Notes: generated by a model not told the origin, from the letters alone. Shown: positions 12,529-24,762, counted from the first letter of the stretch. The stretch: DNA of 64,000 nucleotides from Octopus vulgaris (GCA_951406725.2 OX597835.1:41850001-41914000); one strand, 5' to 3'. Translations and numbers: made by a program.

Positions 12529-13103
12529 ATCGACTACTTACGACTAGCTAGCGCGGACGCGCGACTGCGCGTGTGCGAGCACCGGGTCCAGTCTTCGCTA
12601 GTAGTACCCAAAAGATGTCCGGCCATTTACAATAAAGAATTCAGAAATTGAACCAAAGTTCTTCCAAAATCGATCCCCTGCCCCTATGCCTAAATTTTAT
12701 TAACAAATTTGTAAATCTCCACCCTCGCAAATGCATCGCGACAAAATGTCATTAGAGACTGTTCGTTTTAAATATAGTTATGAGGAAATAAAGTCAGTGG
12801 GTGGTGGTGGTGGCGGGGTTATCAGGAGTTGTGTCAATTGATTGACCCTGCTAAATTCGGAGAACTATGTGGGTACGTACGATTTGAGAACAGTGGCCAC
12901 GGTGCGCGCACTGGCGTACTCGCGCATCCGCACAAGCTAGTCGTGACTAGTCGATCCTACGACTACCTAGCAAAATAAAACACAAAATAATTTTTTAAAA
13001 ACAAAGTAAATAAAACAAAAAGGATCGACTAGTCACGACTAGCTAGAGCAGATGCGCGACTACGCGAGTGCGCGCACCGGGACCACTGTTCTCAAGTAGT
13101 ACC
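12529..13103. mobile_element. Three alternately oriented CpG-rich arms of about 80 bp (GGATCGACTAGTCACGACTAGCT...), probable MITE termini
   Basis: 12529-12609 (+), 12872-12957 (-), 13022-13103 (+). Confidence 0.65.
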
Positions 13104-13285
13104 ACTATGTGTAAATCCATGGCAGACCAAGAGGAAGAAATAAATAAAAGAATCTGGCGTAACTTCGGTATAGGTACCGGATACATTTCAAGAAAGTGTT
13201 TTTTTTATATATATGGGGGGGGGGGGAGGTTAGGGTTTGTGTTAAGGTAAGGGTTAGGTTTAGGGGTGGGAGAAAAGGATTTCTG

Positions 13286-13707
13286 GGCGATCTTTCGCCT
13301 CTAGTAGACCTTTCCGTCGATTTCCGTAAAATTTTTTTTTTTTTTACATATGGGCTTGCGGGAGCTTTTAAAGTAATATACATACATATACACATACACC
13401 GAGTAAAAAATTTCAGTTATCTCTTTCTTTCACACATTACTCTGTCTCTTCGCACACACTAACAGAAGCACTTCACTTACACAACATACTGTCTGTCTCC
13501 CACACCCCATCAAACACACACACACACATGTACATCAATGCATTCCATGCACGGTAACTTCAAAAGAACTTCCCTCGTCATACAATCGCTTTCTCTTAGT
13601 CTCTTTCGCTCTCATTACTTCAAAAGTTCCCGCAAGCCCATATGTAAAAAAAGATATTTTTTTTTACGGAAATCGACGGAAAGGTCTACTAGAGACGAAA
13701 GATCGCC
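13286..13707. mobile_element. MITE with about 90-bp TIRs starting GGCGATCTTTCG
   Basis: 13286-13377 is the reverse complement of 13614-13707. Confidence 0.75.
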
Positions 13708-13778
13708 AGAGGGGCGATCGACGGAAAGGTCTACTAGAGACGAAAGATCGCCAGAGGAAGAAATAAATAAAAGAATCT

Positions 13779-13924
13779 GGCGTAACTTCGGTATAGGTAC
13801 CGGATACATTTCAAGTGGTTTTTTATATATATAGGGGGGGGGGCTTAGGCCTAGGGTTTGTTACCTTCAGAAATGTAAACAAAGCCACTTCCTGTACGTA
13901 CGGTACCTATACCGAAGGATCGCC
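13779..13924. mobile_element. Short MITE (TIR GGCG..CTTCGGTATAGGTACCG) 25 nt from the ZNF593 exon 1 donor
   Basis: TIRs visible; imperfect 8-bp TSD AAGAATCT/AAGAGCCT. Confidence 0.65.
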
Positions 13925-13949
13925 AAGAGCCTCGCGGCTTCTTACTTAC

Positions 13950-14149
13950 GAGCAATGGAGACAGTAGAACTGCGCGGCGCCGGGCAAATCGTAATTCACG
14001 GCTTGGTTCAGTAGTTTCGAGGCCTCCGCAGGTTTCATGTCGACGTGGATTTGATCAACGTCCCTCAAATAACGTTTGGTCTTCCATTTCTTCTTAAAAC
14101 AACAAGCAGATTTGTTCTTATGGAATCCTTTCCTCGACGTGTGGGTCAT
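13950..14149 (-). CDS. ZNF593: ZNF593/Bud20-like zinc finger protein (60S biogenesis), coding exon 1 of 3
   Basis: ATG at 14149; KTKRYLRDVDQIH...DLPGAAQFYCLHC matches the ZNF593/Bud20 family motif; GTAAG donor at 13949, phase 2. Confidence 0.93.
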
Positions 14150-14249
14150 GGTTGTTTACACGTGCCGAGTCAGAGAGAAAAGAGGAAGTTGGTGTTTGTT
14201 GCAATAACTCTTCTGTTAGGTGGAGGTAGATTTAGTGGTGGGGAGGTGC

Positions 14250-14306
14250 CAGCTCTGACGTCATTCATCAAAGTCCGGTCTCGTCTTTTCCTGACCGGAC
14301 AACTTT
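14250..14306. promoter_or_regulatory. Probable ZNF593 promoter with CRE palindrome TGACGTCA (14256-14263) and inverted repeat GTCCGGTC/GACCGGAC (14273-14300)
   Basis: About 100-150 bp upstream of the ATG; motifs read directly, function inferred. Confidence 0.4.
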
Positions 14307-14524
14307 AAACGACAAAACAATCAGCTGATTTCTCTACACAGCCAATGCTTTATTTAATAATAATAATTAGTATTAATTGGCGATCGATACGATAAAGTTT
14401 CGATTCGAAGTTAAGAACCAATTCGCTTCACTTCGTTGGCTGAAGTTTTGAGAAAAAAATATGTCAAAAGACATTTCTTTCTTCTATAAATAAGAACTCC
14501 AAGAGTGTGTATCCTTATAATAAT

Positions 14525-15498
14525 TTACTTGTCTCAGTTATGTGATTGCGGCCATGCTGGAGCACCACCTTAAAGGGTGTTTTTAGTCGAAGAAATCGAC
14601 CCCAGGACTTATCTTTTGTAAGCCTAGTACTTATTCTATCGATTTCCTTTGCCGATCTGCTAGTTTACGGGGACGTAAACACACCAACATCGATTATCAA
14701 GCGTTGGTGGATCACAAACACAGACACAAAGACACACACACAAACACACATATAAATATACGACCGACAGGCTTCTTTCAGTTTCCATCTACCAAATCCA
14801 CTCACAAGGCTTTGCTCGGCCCGAGGTTACAGTAAAAGACAATTGCCCAAGGTACCATGTAGTAGGACTGAACCCTGAACCATGTGGTTGGGAAACAAGC
14901 TTCTTACCACACTCCCACGCCTGTGCCTATGTATCTCTCTTTTTACTCTTTTACTTGTTTCAGTCATGTGACTGTGACCATGCTGGAGCACTGCCGTTAG
15001 TCGATCAAATCGACCCCAGGACTTATTCTTTGTAAGCCTAGTACTTATTTTATCGGTCTCCTTTTTTGCCGAACCGCTAAGTTACGGAGACGTAAACACA
15101 CCAGCATCGGTTCTCAAGCGATGTTGGGGGGGACAAACACATACATATATATATATACATATATACGACAGGCTTCTTCCAGTTTCCATCTACCAAATCC
15201 ACTCATAAGGCTTTGATCAGCCTGAGGCTATAGTAGAAGACACTTACCCAAGGTGCCACACAGTGGGACTGAACCCAGAACCATATGGTTCACAAGCAAG
15301 CTACTTAACACACAGCCACTCCTACGCCTATGTATGGTAATATATCTTTTTTTAGTCGAACAACTCAGTACGTGTTCTATTGGTCTATTTTGCCGAACCG
15401 CTAAGTTACAGGGACATATGCACAAGGCAATGCTGGTTGGATATATACACACATTACAGGTTCCTTCCAGTTTCCGCCTATCAAATCCACTTACAAGG
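14525..15498 (-). mobile_element. Three tandem SINE A copies (last one partial)
   Basis: Homology to 499-885. Confidence 0.8.
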
Positions 15499-15995
15499 TG
15501 TAAAACACTTCTTTTTTCCCGAGCTGAGATTCGAAACCGAATCTGAGTAATCTCGCTCGTCTGATCCACCACTGGCCAAACGGGTGTGGAAGAAATTTCT
15601 CTGTCCTGTCAAAAAGTGATGGATGGATTTCTCTTGGACCTCTGACCCGAGCTGTTTCATTTAAGGTTCAAGTGGACAAAAGGCGACCTACATTGGTAGA
15701 AATTACTCCTGTGGTATATCTGTCCTTCTAGCTGGGATGACCCTTATAAATACAGTCAGACACACGACAGATAAGCAGACAGCCAGCAAGAGGCAAACGG
15801 TCAACAGACCACAGTTAACTTGTGCCAGTCAAGCAGCCAACACAGAACCACATGTTCGGCATGAATGACCCAACACAGAACCACATGTTCGGCATGAATG
15901 ACCCAACACAGAACATACACAGACATGACCGAATGACCAACACACACACAAACACAAAGCATGCCTAGTCCTACCTCATCACATCAAGAGAGTAT

Positions 15996-16622
15996 GGATC
16001 TTTTTGGTTTGAACTGCAGTTTTTTCTAGCAGTGTCATGAAATTGTCACCCATAATTATGACCCTAGTATCGATCTATTGCATTTCAATCTGGGTTTTAG
16101 GGTTAGGGGTGGGGGGAAGGGTATCTTTTTTTCTTCAGAAATGTAAATAAACCCAATCTGTTTCTTAACCCTTTCGTTACTGTATTTATTTTGAGATGTT
16201 CTGTGTTTCTTTCAATTACTTTAAGTATAACAAAGAATTTAGTAAAATAACTTAGTTATCATTCAGCTAGTGTTAGGAATATAAATTGTGACTAAGGTTT
16301 GGTGGAAGATTTTAATTAAAGCCTTAAGAAAACAAGACATTTGTACAACACAGCCAGAGCCAGTTTCAGCCGGGTTGGTAACAAAAGGGTTAAACAAGGG
16401 ACATTTTCATACGGCACAGAATGTTTTCACCTCAATAGACGTCATTGATTGGTTGAAATTGAAGAAAAAAACAACAAATATCTTACAAACTATAGAATTT
16501 TCTCAATAAAGCCAAGAGAAAAAGATGTTTTATAAACACATTCTACCAGTATACGAAGTTTAAAAGTGTTTAGTTACGTGGAAATTATTTTTAAAAAACT
16601 GCCGTTCAAACTGAAAAGATCC
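15996..16622 (-). mobile_element. Merlin-like MITE containing a nested TTAA-MITE
   Basis: Same TIRs; TSD GAGAGTAT/CAGAGTAT. Confidence 0.85.
16169..16389. mobile_element. piggyBac-like MITE
   Basis: TTAA|CCCTTTCGTTAC...GTAACAAAAGGG|TTAA. Confidence 0.8.
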
Positions 16623-17149
16623 CAGAGTATTTCTCCTGTTTATTTTTTACTTTGCCAACTTGAAGCAAGTTGGTAATGTTATATAGCAGATTTTCTTGTG
16701 CATACAACACGTAAATGCAAGTGTCAATTAAATTATTTAAACCACAATCTGATGCTTTCCAATTATTTTACTTTGATGTCGTCCACATGCCTGTTTCATC
16801 TTCTGCATCAACAGCATCTTTTGCTACACATCCCGCTACAAAGGTTTTGGTTGGACTCTTGCTATAATAAAAAAAAACACTTGCTCAAAGTGCCATGCAG
16901 TGGGACTGAACCTGAAACCATGTGGTTGGGAAGCAAACTTCTTATTTCTTTGTTGCCCATAAAGGGCTCAGCATAGAGGGGACAAACATGGACAGACAAA
17001 GGGATTAAGTCGATTATATCGACCCCAGTGCGTAACTGGTACTTAATTTATCAACTCCAAAAGGATGAAAGGAAAAGTTGACCTTGGTGGAATTTGAACC
17101 CAGAACATAAAGAAAGAAAACATTAATGCAAGAACAGTGATGTTGGCCG

Positions 17150-17453
17150 TGGAGGCACGTGGCCCATCGGTTAGATCAGTGGACTCACGGTCGAGGGATC
17201 ATGGGTTCGAATCTCAGACCAGGCGATGTGTGTGTTTATGAGCAAAACACCTAAGCTCCATGCGACTCCGGCAGAAGGTAATGGTGAACTTCTGCTGACT
17301 CTTTCACCACAACTTTCTCTCACTCTTTCCTCCTGCATCTTGCAGCTCACCTGCGACGGACCGGCGTCCTGTCCAGGTGGGGAATCTATACGCCAAGGAA
17401 ACCGGGAAACCGGCCCTTATGAATCAGGCATGGCTCGAGAAGGAACAAACAAC
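17150..17453 (+). mobile_element. SINE family D (tRNA-like head GGAGGCACGTGGCC..GGTTCGAATC)
   Basis: A/B boxes; another copy is split by the CR1 LINE (35224-35283 plus 38374-38592, -); related copy at 39784-40075. Confidence 0.75.
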
Positions 17454-17832
17454 AGTGATGTTGGCTGGGATAATCATATTACTCTTTTTTACAGCTCCTC
17501 TGCCTCCTTAACACCTCATCTTTCTCTTCCTAATGTATATTGCACCACTATCCTCTCCCCAGCTTCTCATATTCACCGAACCCTCTCATTCATATAACAT
17601 AGAGTTATATGAACTCACTTTACTATCATTATCTCACACACACTCCCTTTCTGTTTCTCTCCTTCTAACCTCTAAGTCTATCATTTCTCTTTCATGACTT
17701 CCCCCAGCCCTGTCCCTTTTTCTACCTTTTCATAAAAATGAATTTGTTCTTCCCATCATACTTTTACTTCACTTAACACCTCACCTTCAACTCTCCTCAT
17801 ATCATCACCCTCTCCTTCAGTTTTCCTCTTAA

Positions 17833-18054
17833 CCCTTTCGTTACCAACCCAGCTGAAACCAGCTCTGGCTCTGAGTACAAATGTCTTGTTTCCATAAGTT
17901 TTGAATTAAAATCTTCCACCAAACCGTAGTCACAATTTATGTTGCTAACACTAGCTTAATGATAACTAAGTTATTTTACTAAATTCTTTGTAATATTTAA
18001 AGTAATTGAAAGAAACACAGAGCATCTCAAAATAAATACGGTAACAAAAGGGGG
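17833..18054. mobile_element. piggyBac-like MITE, same family, opposite orientation
   Basis: TTAA flanks and same TIRs. Confidence 0.8.
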
Positions 18055-18509
18055 TTAAAGTACTGGAAACTCTTTAACATTACAAGTCACACAGGAGAAC
18101 TTTTATCAAGACAGTTGTTACGATGTAAGTTGGGTTGAAAACAAAGGCAAAATAACAATGGAAAACAAAGGTTTACACTTTATTTTATTATTCAATATTT
18201 CGGGTCTAAAAAACCCTTAACAAGAAAAGAAATACTGAAAACTGATATTACCTCCAATCACTGATAAGAGGATATAGAGAGATGGGGGTGGGGGTGGGGG
18301 AACAGGTAGATGGGAAAAGGAAGTTTGCTAATTAGCATCACAAAACATTTGTCTGTTGTTGAGGCAGGGTTTTAGTTTTTCTCTTCTTTAACCAATAAGT
18401 TTTTGTTTCCTTCATTTGTAGGAATTGTTAAGGGTAAACAAGTTCTTCATTGGATCCAAAAGACGATTTCCCATTTCACTTCCTCATTCCACCTAGATTA
18501 TCTTTTTTG

Positions 18510-18840
18510 TTTACTTGTTCCAGTCATTAGACTGTGGCCATACTGGAGGCACCACCTTGCAGAAATTTTAGTGGGGACATAAACACACCAACACCAGTTA
18601 TCAAGTGGTGGTGGTGGGGGGGAACAAGCATTAACACAAAAATACTCACACACATACATACATACATGCATACATACAATGGGCTTCTTTCAGTTTCCTT
18701 CTACCAAATCCACTCACAAGACTTTGATTGACCTGAGGCTATGATAGAAGATACTTGCTCATGATGCCTCACAGTGGGACTGAACCTTGAACCATGTGGT
18801 TAGGAAGCAAACTTCTTACCACACAGCCATGCCTCAGCCT
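18510..18840 (-). mobile_element. SINE A
   Basis: Homology to 499-885. Confidence 0.75.
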
Positions 18841-18954
18841 TATTTTACTTACTTTCCTGATGCTGTTGAGAAAAGCATGATTGTCACAAAATCACTTTTT
18901 ATATTCATTGATAATCTGGAATTTTCTCATTAATTTCCTTGTTTTTATCCATAG

Positions 18955-19001
18955 GAAAACGGTGATGAAAAAAATGAGAGAATTACATTGAATTCTGTGA
19001 T
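18955..19001 (+). CDS. Candidate small exon of a plus-strand gene (ENGDEKNERITLNSV)
   Basis: TTTTTATCCATAG acceptor, weak GTATTT donor; phase fits the next candidate exon. Confidence 0.3.
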
Positions 19002-19202
19002 GTATTTAGATCTGTATCTTTTTGTTCTGAGTTCAAATCTTGTCAAGGCACACTTATCTTGTCCTGGATATGGGCCCATTAAAATAAATACCCATAACAT
19101 AACTGCAAAGATGTTTTTTATGAATTATTAATAAAAATAAATTACTGTTGTTCTTGTTGTTGTTGCTGCTGTGTGAAGTTGTATGTTCAAAACTTGTTTG
19201 AC

Positions 19203-20096
19203 TCAGTTTCCTAATATTCTACGAGAAAATGAAGAAGAAACACACTCGGGTCTCGATGTAGCTAATGGTAAAATTTCCATTTTGTTGTATTTGATGCTAT
19301 TTGTGTTCTGTTTAAGAGAGAAACCATTTTGAGTCAAAGACTTTGGAACAGAAGCAGTATCCTTATTCACAGATAATGTTTTTAAAGGTTGGTTCCACAT
19401 ACATTTCTGTAAAGTTTTTGGTGAAAAGGAAGCAACTCTTTTAGTGTTTAAAGAATTTCTGCTATCTCTCATAGAATTATGGTTGTTTAATTTCGACACC
19501 CAGTCCTTGTAGGAACCAAAATTCAAAAGTCTTTGACTTTCAGTGATTTTTCTCTGGTAAATTTTCCCCATTGTAGTTTTTAAGCGATCTTGGTACGGCA
19601 TAAAACCATGAATTGAAGAATAGATGAATGTAGGACTGTCAAGAACTGACTGGTGGAAACGCGACCTGAATGCTTTGGATTTTGTAATCAATATATCAGA
19701 ATTGTTTATATTTGTTTTATCTGAATTTGCCTGCAGATGTATCGAAGCCTTGTAATCTTGAATACCATTGTTCTCAGTAGCGTCACATTTAGATTCAGCC
19801 AAAAAAGTTGGTGCTTTTTTGGTAAGCTTCAAATTCGAAATGCTTTTCTCTTGAATCCAAAATTTCTTGTAAGAACTTGGAGGAATCTGGAGGTTTTCTG
19901 TTGAAGACTTACTTAAAGCCACTTGCGAAATATCTAAAAGTAAATTGTTGGTTCTTATCGTATAAAAATGTTCGTATTTTGTGTCTTTGTAATTTTGCTT
20001 TTCAGCTTTATCTTTGCTTCTTAAACCCACCATTTTTCGTGAGAAATTCCTGTTATTTAAAGTAGGTTTCAATTCTTTCATGGTTTCTATTTCCAC
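19203..20096 (-). CDS. Uncharacterised K/S/N-rich orphan protein (first ATG at 20081, about 292 aa)
   Basis: Long stop-free non-repetitive frame in very AT-rich DNA; no recognisable domain. Confidence 0.55.
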   Translation of the reverse strand: MEIETMKELKPTLNNRNFSRKMVGLRSKDKAEKQNYKDTKYEHFYTIRTNNLLLDISQVALSKSSTENLQIPPSSYKKFWIQEKSISNLKLTKKAPTFLAESKCDATENNGIQDYKASIHLQANSDKTNINNSDILITKSKAFRSRFHQSVLDSPTFIYSSIHGFMPYQDRLKTTMGKIYQRKITESQRLLNFGSYKDWVSKLNNHNSMRDSRNSLNTKRVASFSPKTLQKCMWNQPLKTLSVNKDTASVPKSLTQNGFSLKQNTNSIKYNKMEILPLATSRPECVSSSFSRRILGN

Positions 20097-20098
20097 AG

Positions 20099-20136
20099 CA
20101 ATAAATCCCTTGGCATTGTCAATTTAATGGACTCAG
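20099..20136 (+). CDS. Candidate 38-nt exon (NKSLGIVNLMDS)
   Basis: TTTCCACAG acceptor and CAG|GTGAGT donor; phase-compatible on both sides. Confidence 0.38.
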
Positions 20137-20843
20137 GTGAGTACAAAAGAGTGATTCAAATTTAGGTTGGACAATTTGTTTTTCAAATAAAACTAATTCA
20201 TGTAGTAGCAGTTGATAGCAAATTAACCAAATTTGAAAGGGTTAGCAGTAGTAGTGGCGGCAGCAGCAACAGTAGTAGTAGTAGTAGTAGTAGTTATAAT
20301 TCTTTCTACTTTTGGCACAAGGCCAGCAATTTTAGGGTAAGAGGGACAAGTCGGTTAAATTGAGTGCAGTGCTTGACCAGGAGTTTATTTCATCAACCTC
20401 AAAGGGATGAGAAGCAAAAAGGGATGACCTTGGCAAAATTTAACCCAAACATAAAGAACTGGAAGAAATACCACCAGGCATTTTGCTTGACGCTAACCAT
20501 TCTATTAATCCACCACCCTTGTAATAATGATAATAATAATAATAATAATAATTTATTTCATTTGTCACAAGGGTGAAGGGAGGAGGAACATAATGAAGAC
20601 AAATCACTGAGGTGGCAAAGTTCTTCCTAGAATTGATGATGGGTGTGGGGAAAAATTAGGAACCGAAATAATCAAATCCAATCATGTTGGAGTTGGTAGG
20701 ATTTGATCCCAGAATAAGAAATTGATATATATTATCTTGTTGCCAATAATCCAGTGAATCCTTGTTCTTTGTTCTTGACACATTCACATCAGGGTCAAAC
20801 ATATAACAAATTAATATTTGTCTTTAAAATGGTTGATCCTCAC

Positions 20844-21005
20844 AGTTAAACAATAAAGCACCTGGATTTATTGCCTGGTCTTCGTTTGTGTTTCTTTGTT
20901 GCAATGAAGAAGACATCCAAGACTAAAAGAGTTTATGAATTCAGTTGCTAACGAAATATTCTTCCAGAAAAACTGGAATCACATCATATTAATCCAAAGA
21001 TGAAC
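20844..21005 (-). other. Candidate non-coding (5'UTR) exon of the orphan minus-strand gene
   Basis: Strong polypyrimidine acceptor TTTTCTTTCCAATTTAG and GTGAGG donor; stops in all three frames; another GTAAG donor at 23919. Confidence 0.3.
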
Positions 21006-21171
21006 CTAAATTGGAAAGAAAAGGAAAAATTAGGAGGGATTACTTGAGACTTCAATAAAGGAAAAACCGTAATTATTTCAGAGAGTAAAAAATAAAGTCT
21101 GTATAAAATATGTGTCAGTTGGTTGATTTCCAAGTAATGCTTTATCTTGCACAGACTGTGTTTGTGCATGA

Positions 21172-21216
<45 letters not shown>

Positions 21217-22272
21217 TGTGTGTGTGTGAGAGAGAGAGAGAGAAAGAGAGAACAGAGGCAGTTAACATAAGAGGAGCAGGATGAGTGATGAATGTCTGAT
21301 AACTTTCTGAAAAATATACATTTTTTTAAAATTAAATTTTGCAGAGATAGGTTTTCAGTGGAGCAGATTGTGATTATGTGGATGAGATTCAGAAAAATAA
21401 TACATTTATTGAAAATATTCAAATGGGATCATGATAGTGAAATCAACAAGTCATGGGGTATAAAGAATGGAATAATCCCAAAAGTCATTGGAACTGTAGG
21501 ACTCATCAGGAAGAGTGTGGGGTGGGAAGAAAACTTCCCTAATTAGACAGCATCAACATCTATACAGTACAGATGATTATCCTACAGGGGATGCCCCCAC
21601 ACACACACACACTATAGAGAGTGCTGTTAATCAGGTGACATTGTCTCTAATGCACTACCTCAGGCCCATTGTTTGGACCTGGTCCTACTTGCTATAAAGT
21701 AGGGACCCATAAAAGAATGTTGTCTTCGATTGATTAGAAGGACTGAAGGACCCGTGATATTTGGGGAAGTACAAAAGAGAAATAGAAAAAGAAAGAAAAC
21801 ATTGAAACAATTGTGGGTGGGGGTGAGATCAACAACAATGACAAAAACAATAATAAGCAGATAACAATGAATAGTATTGTTGTATTTTGGGAGGGTCATA
21901 CTGTCAATAAATAAAAGCATATGCACTGGTACTGTTTCACTTCAGTTTATTTCTAATTAAGTACATAATTAATCAATGAATCAATTAATTAGTCTGACAA
22001 AGCCCTTTCATCACAGTCTGTGACCCTATCAGTGTCAACATGTGAAGGCGCACGTCTCAGTGGTTAGAGCATAGTGAGTTCAATTCCTAGGCTTGGCCAT
22101 GTGTTGTGTTCTTGAGCAAGACACTTTATTTCACAAATTTGGTGGGAGGTGGCTAGTTGATTACATCGACCTCAGTGTTTCATTGATAATTATTTCATCA
22201 ACCTGTATTCCGATTCCTGTATTCTGATGGAAGAAGGAAAATATAGAACTGTGAAAGAAGTTTTTCCTTCAG

Positions 22273-22345
22273 ATGTAAATCCACTGGAGCCTGAAGTGAG
22301 TATTGAACCTAGCACCTCAGTGGTGAATTATGATGACATAAAATG
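22273..22345 (+). CDS. Candidate 73-nt exon (D-VNPLEPEVSIEPSTSVVNYDDIK-W)
   Basis: TTTTTCCTTCAG acceptor and GTAAGT donor; open frame continues from 20099-20136. Confidence 0.42.
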
Positions 22346-22626
22346 GTAAGTTGAGATTATTTTAAAGAACTGTTAAAGAAGTTTTGTTTGAAATAATTGA
22401 TATCAGATAATCATTCTGGAGCGGGGCCGGGGTGACCATTTTACCTTGATTGTAAAATTTTCATTTTATTCATTTTTCATGCGTTAATTGTCCCCGCATG
22501 TATGTTTGTCCCCTCTATGTCGGCCCCTTCTGGGCAATAAACAATCAACTTATTTCATCAACCTTGAAAGAATGAAGTGCAAAGTCAACCTAGGCAGAAT
22601 TTGAATTGATAACAGTAACAATAAGC

Positions 22627-22829
22627 TTTTCTACTAAAGGCCTGAAATTTGTGGGGAGGGGCTAGTTGATTATATCGACCCCAGTGTGTAACTGGTACTT
22701 ATTTCATCAACCTTGATAGGATGAAAGACCAAGTTGACCTTGATGGAATTTGAACTCAGAGCTTAAGGATGGACAAAATGCTGCAAAGCAGTTTGCACGG
22801 CTTGCTAACAATTCTGCCAGCTCGCTGCC

Positions 22830-22871
<42 letters not shown>

Positions 22872-23102
22872 GGCAAACTGACAGAAACGTTAGCACGCCG
22901 GGCAAAATGCGTAGCCGTACTTCGTCTGCCGTTTCGTTCTGAGTTCAAATTCCACCGAGGTCGACTTTGCCTTTTTCCTTTCGGGGTCGATAAATTAAGT
23001 ACCAGTTACGCACTGGGGTCGATGTAATTGACTTAAGCCGTTTGTCTGTCCTTGTTTGTCCCTTCTGTGTTTAGCCCCTTGTGGGTAGTAAAGAAATAAA
23101 TA

Positions 23103-23139
<37 letters not shown>

Positions 23140-23593
23140 TAATAATAATAATAAAAATGATCCTTTCTACAAAAAGCACAAAGCCTGAAATTTTGAAGGA
23201 GGGGACTAGTCGATTACATTGACTCCAGTGTATCACTGGTATTTAATTTATTAACCCCAAAAGGATGACAGGCAAAGTCAACCTCTGCAGAATAACGATA
23301 ATAATGATAATAATAATAATCCTTTCTACTATAGGCACAAGGCCTGAAATTTTGCGTAAGAGACTAGTTGATTACATCAATTCCAGTGTTCAACTGGTAC
23401 TTATTTTATTGACCCCGAAAGGGCGAAAGGCAAAGTCAACCTCAGCGGAATTTGAACTCAGAACATAGCGATAGGTGAAATACCACTAAGCATTTCATCC
23501 AGAGCGATTCTTCCAACTCCCTGCCTTAATAATGATAATAACAACAATAATGATAATAATAATAATACCAACAACAACAACAACAACAATAAT

Positions 23594-23636
<43 letters not shown>

Positions 23637-23880
23637 GCAGCAGCAGCAGCAACAACAACAACAACAACAATAATAATAATACCAACAACAACAACAATAA
23701 TAATAAACCTTTCTACAATAGACACAAGGCCTGAAATTTTGGGGAAGTGGGGTTAGTCAGTTATATTAACCTCCCCACCCCACCTCACCTTACCCAATCC
23801 CCTAAAGTTTGAATGGTACTAATTTTATGGCCCCGAAAGGATGAAAGACAAAGTTTGATCATGACAGAATTTGAACCGAT
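22627..23880. mobile_element. Cluster of about 5 SINE B copies separated by (AAT)n/(AAC)n
   Basis: Homology to SINE B; mostly minus strand, tail type ii. Confidence 0.8.
23528..23707. repeat. (AAT/AAC/CAG)n compound trinucleotide repeat
   Basis: Direct reading. Confidence 0.95.
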
Positions 23881-24302
23881 AACAACAACAACAACAACAA
23901 TAATAATAGTTTCTCTTACCTTTTAGTTTTCCCCAAATGAATTCACTGAAGATTATTTACTCTGGTCGAGTAATTAAGGTATCAAACATGTCCAGAGTTT
24001 TGGTTAATCTTCCACTTGATTGTGCTGTGTGTTATGTGTTGTGGTCTAAACACTGAGGAGACTGTCTCTCTCTCACAGCAAGTCCTCGCTCTGAGGGACA
24101 GACTATAAAAACCAGAGAGACAGACAGACAGACAGAACGACTTGGCTTTGGTGTTGCTGGTGTTGTCGGTCAAACAAAGAACTGCTACCAAGCTTTAGTA
24201 TTCGACTGTGGTTGGGCTGAGATTAGTCCTCTTCCTTCCCTCCCGCCACTCCAGAATTTCCCAACTGGAAACATTATGGAGTTGAAGATAAACAGTACAA
24301 GA

Positions 24303-24312
24303 TTTCTTTCCT

Positions 24313-24368
<56 letters not shown>

Positions 24369-24493
24369 TCCTTCTTTCTTTCTTTCTTTCTTTCTTTCTG
24401 CCTCTCTCTCTCTTTCTTTCTTTCTTTCTTCTTTCTCTTTCTCTAGCTTTCTTTGTTTGTTTGTTTGTTTCTTTCTTTCTTTCTGCTTCCCTC

Positions 24494-24528
<35 letters not shown>

Positions 24529-24534
24529 GCTTCC

Positions 24535-24566
<32 letters not shown>

Positions 24567-24659
24567 CTGCCTCTCTCTCTCATTCTTTCTTTCTTTCTTC
24601 TTTCTCTTTCTCTGGCTTTCTTTGTTTGTTTGTTTGTTTGTTTCTTTCTTTCTGCTTCC

Positions 24660-24695
<36 letters not shown>

Positions 24696-24730
24696 GTTTC
24701 TCTCTGTTTGTTTGTTTCTTTCTTTTTGCT

Positions 24731-24762
<32 letters not shown>

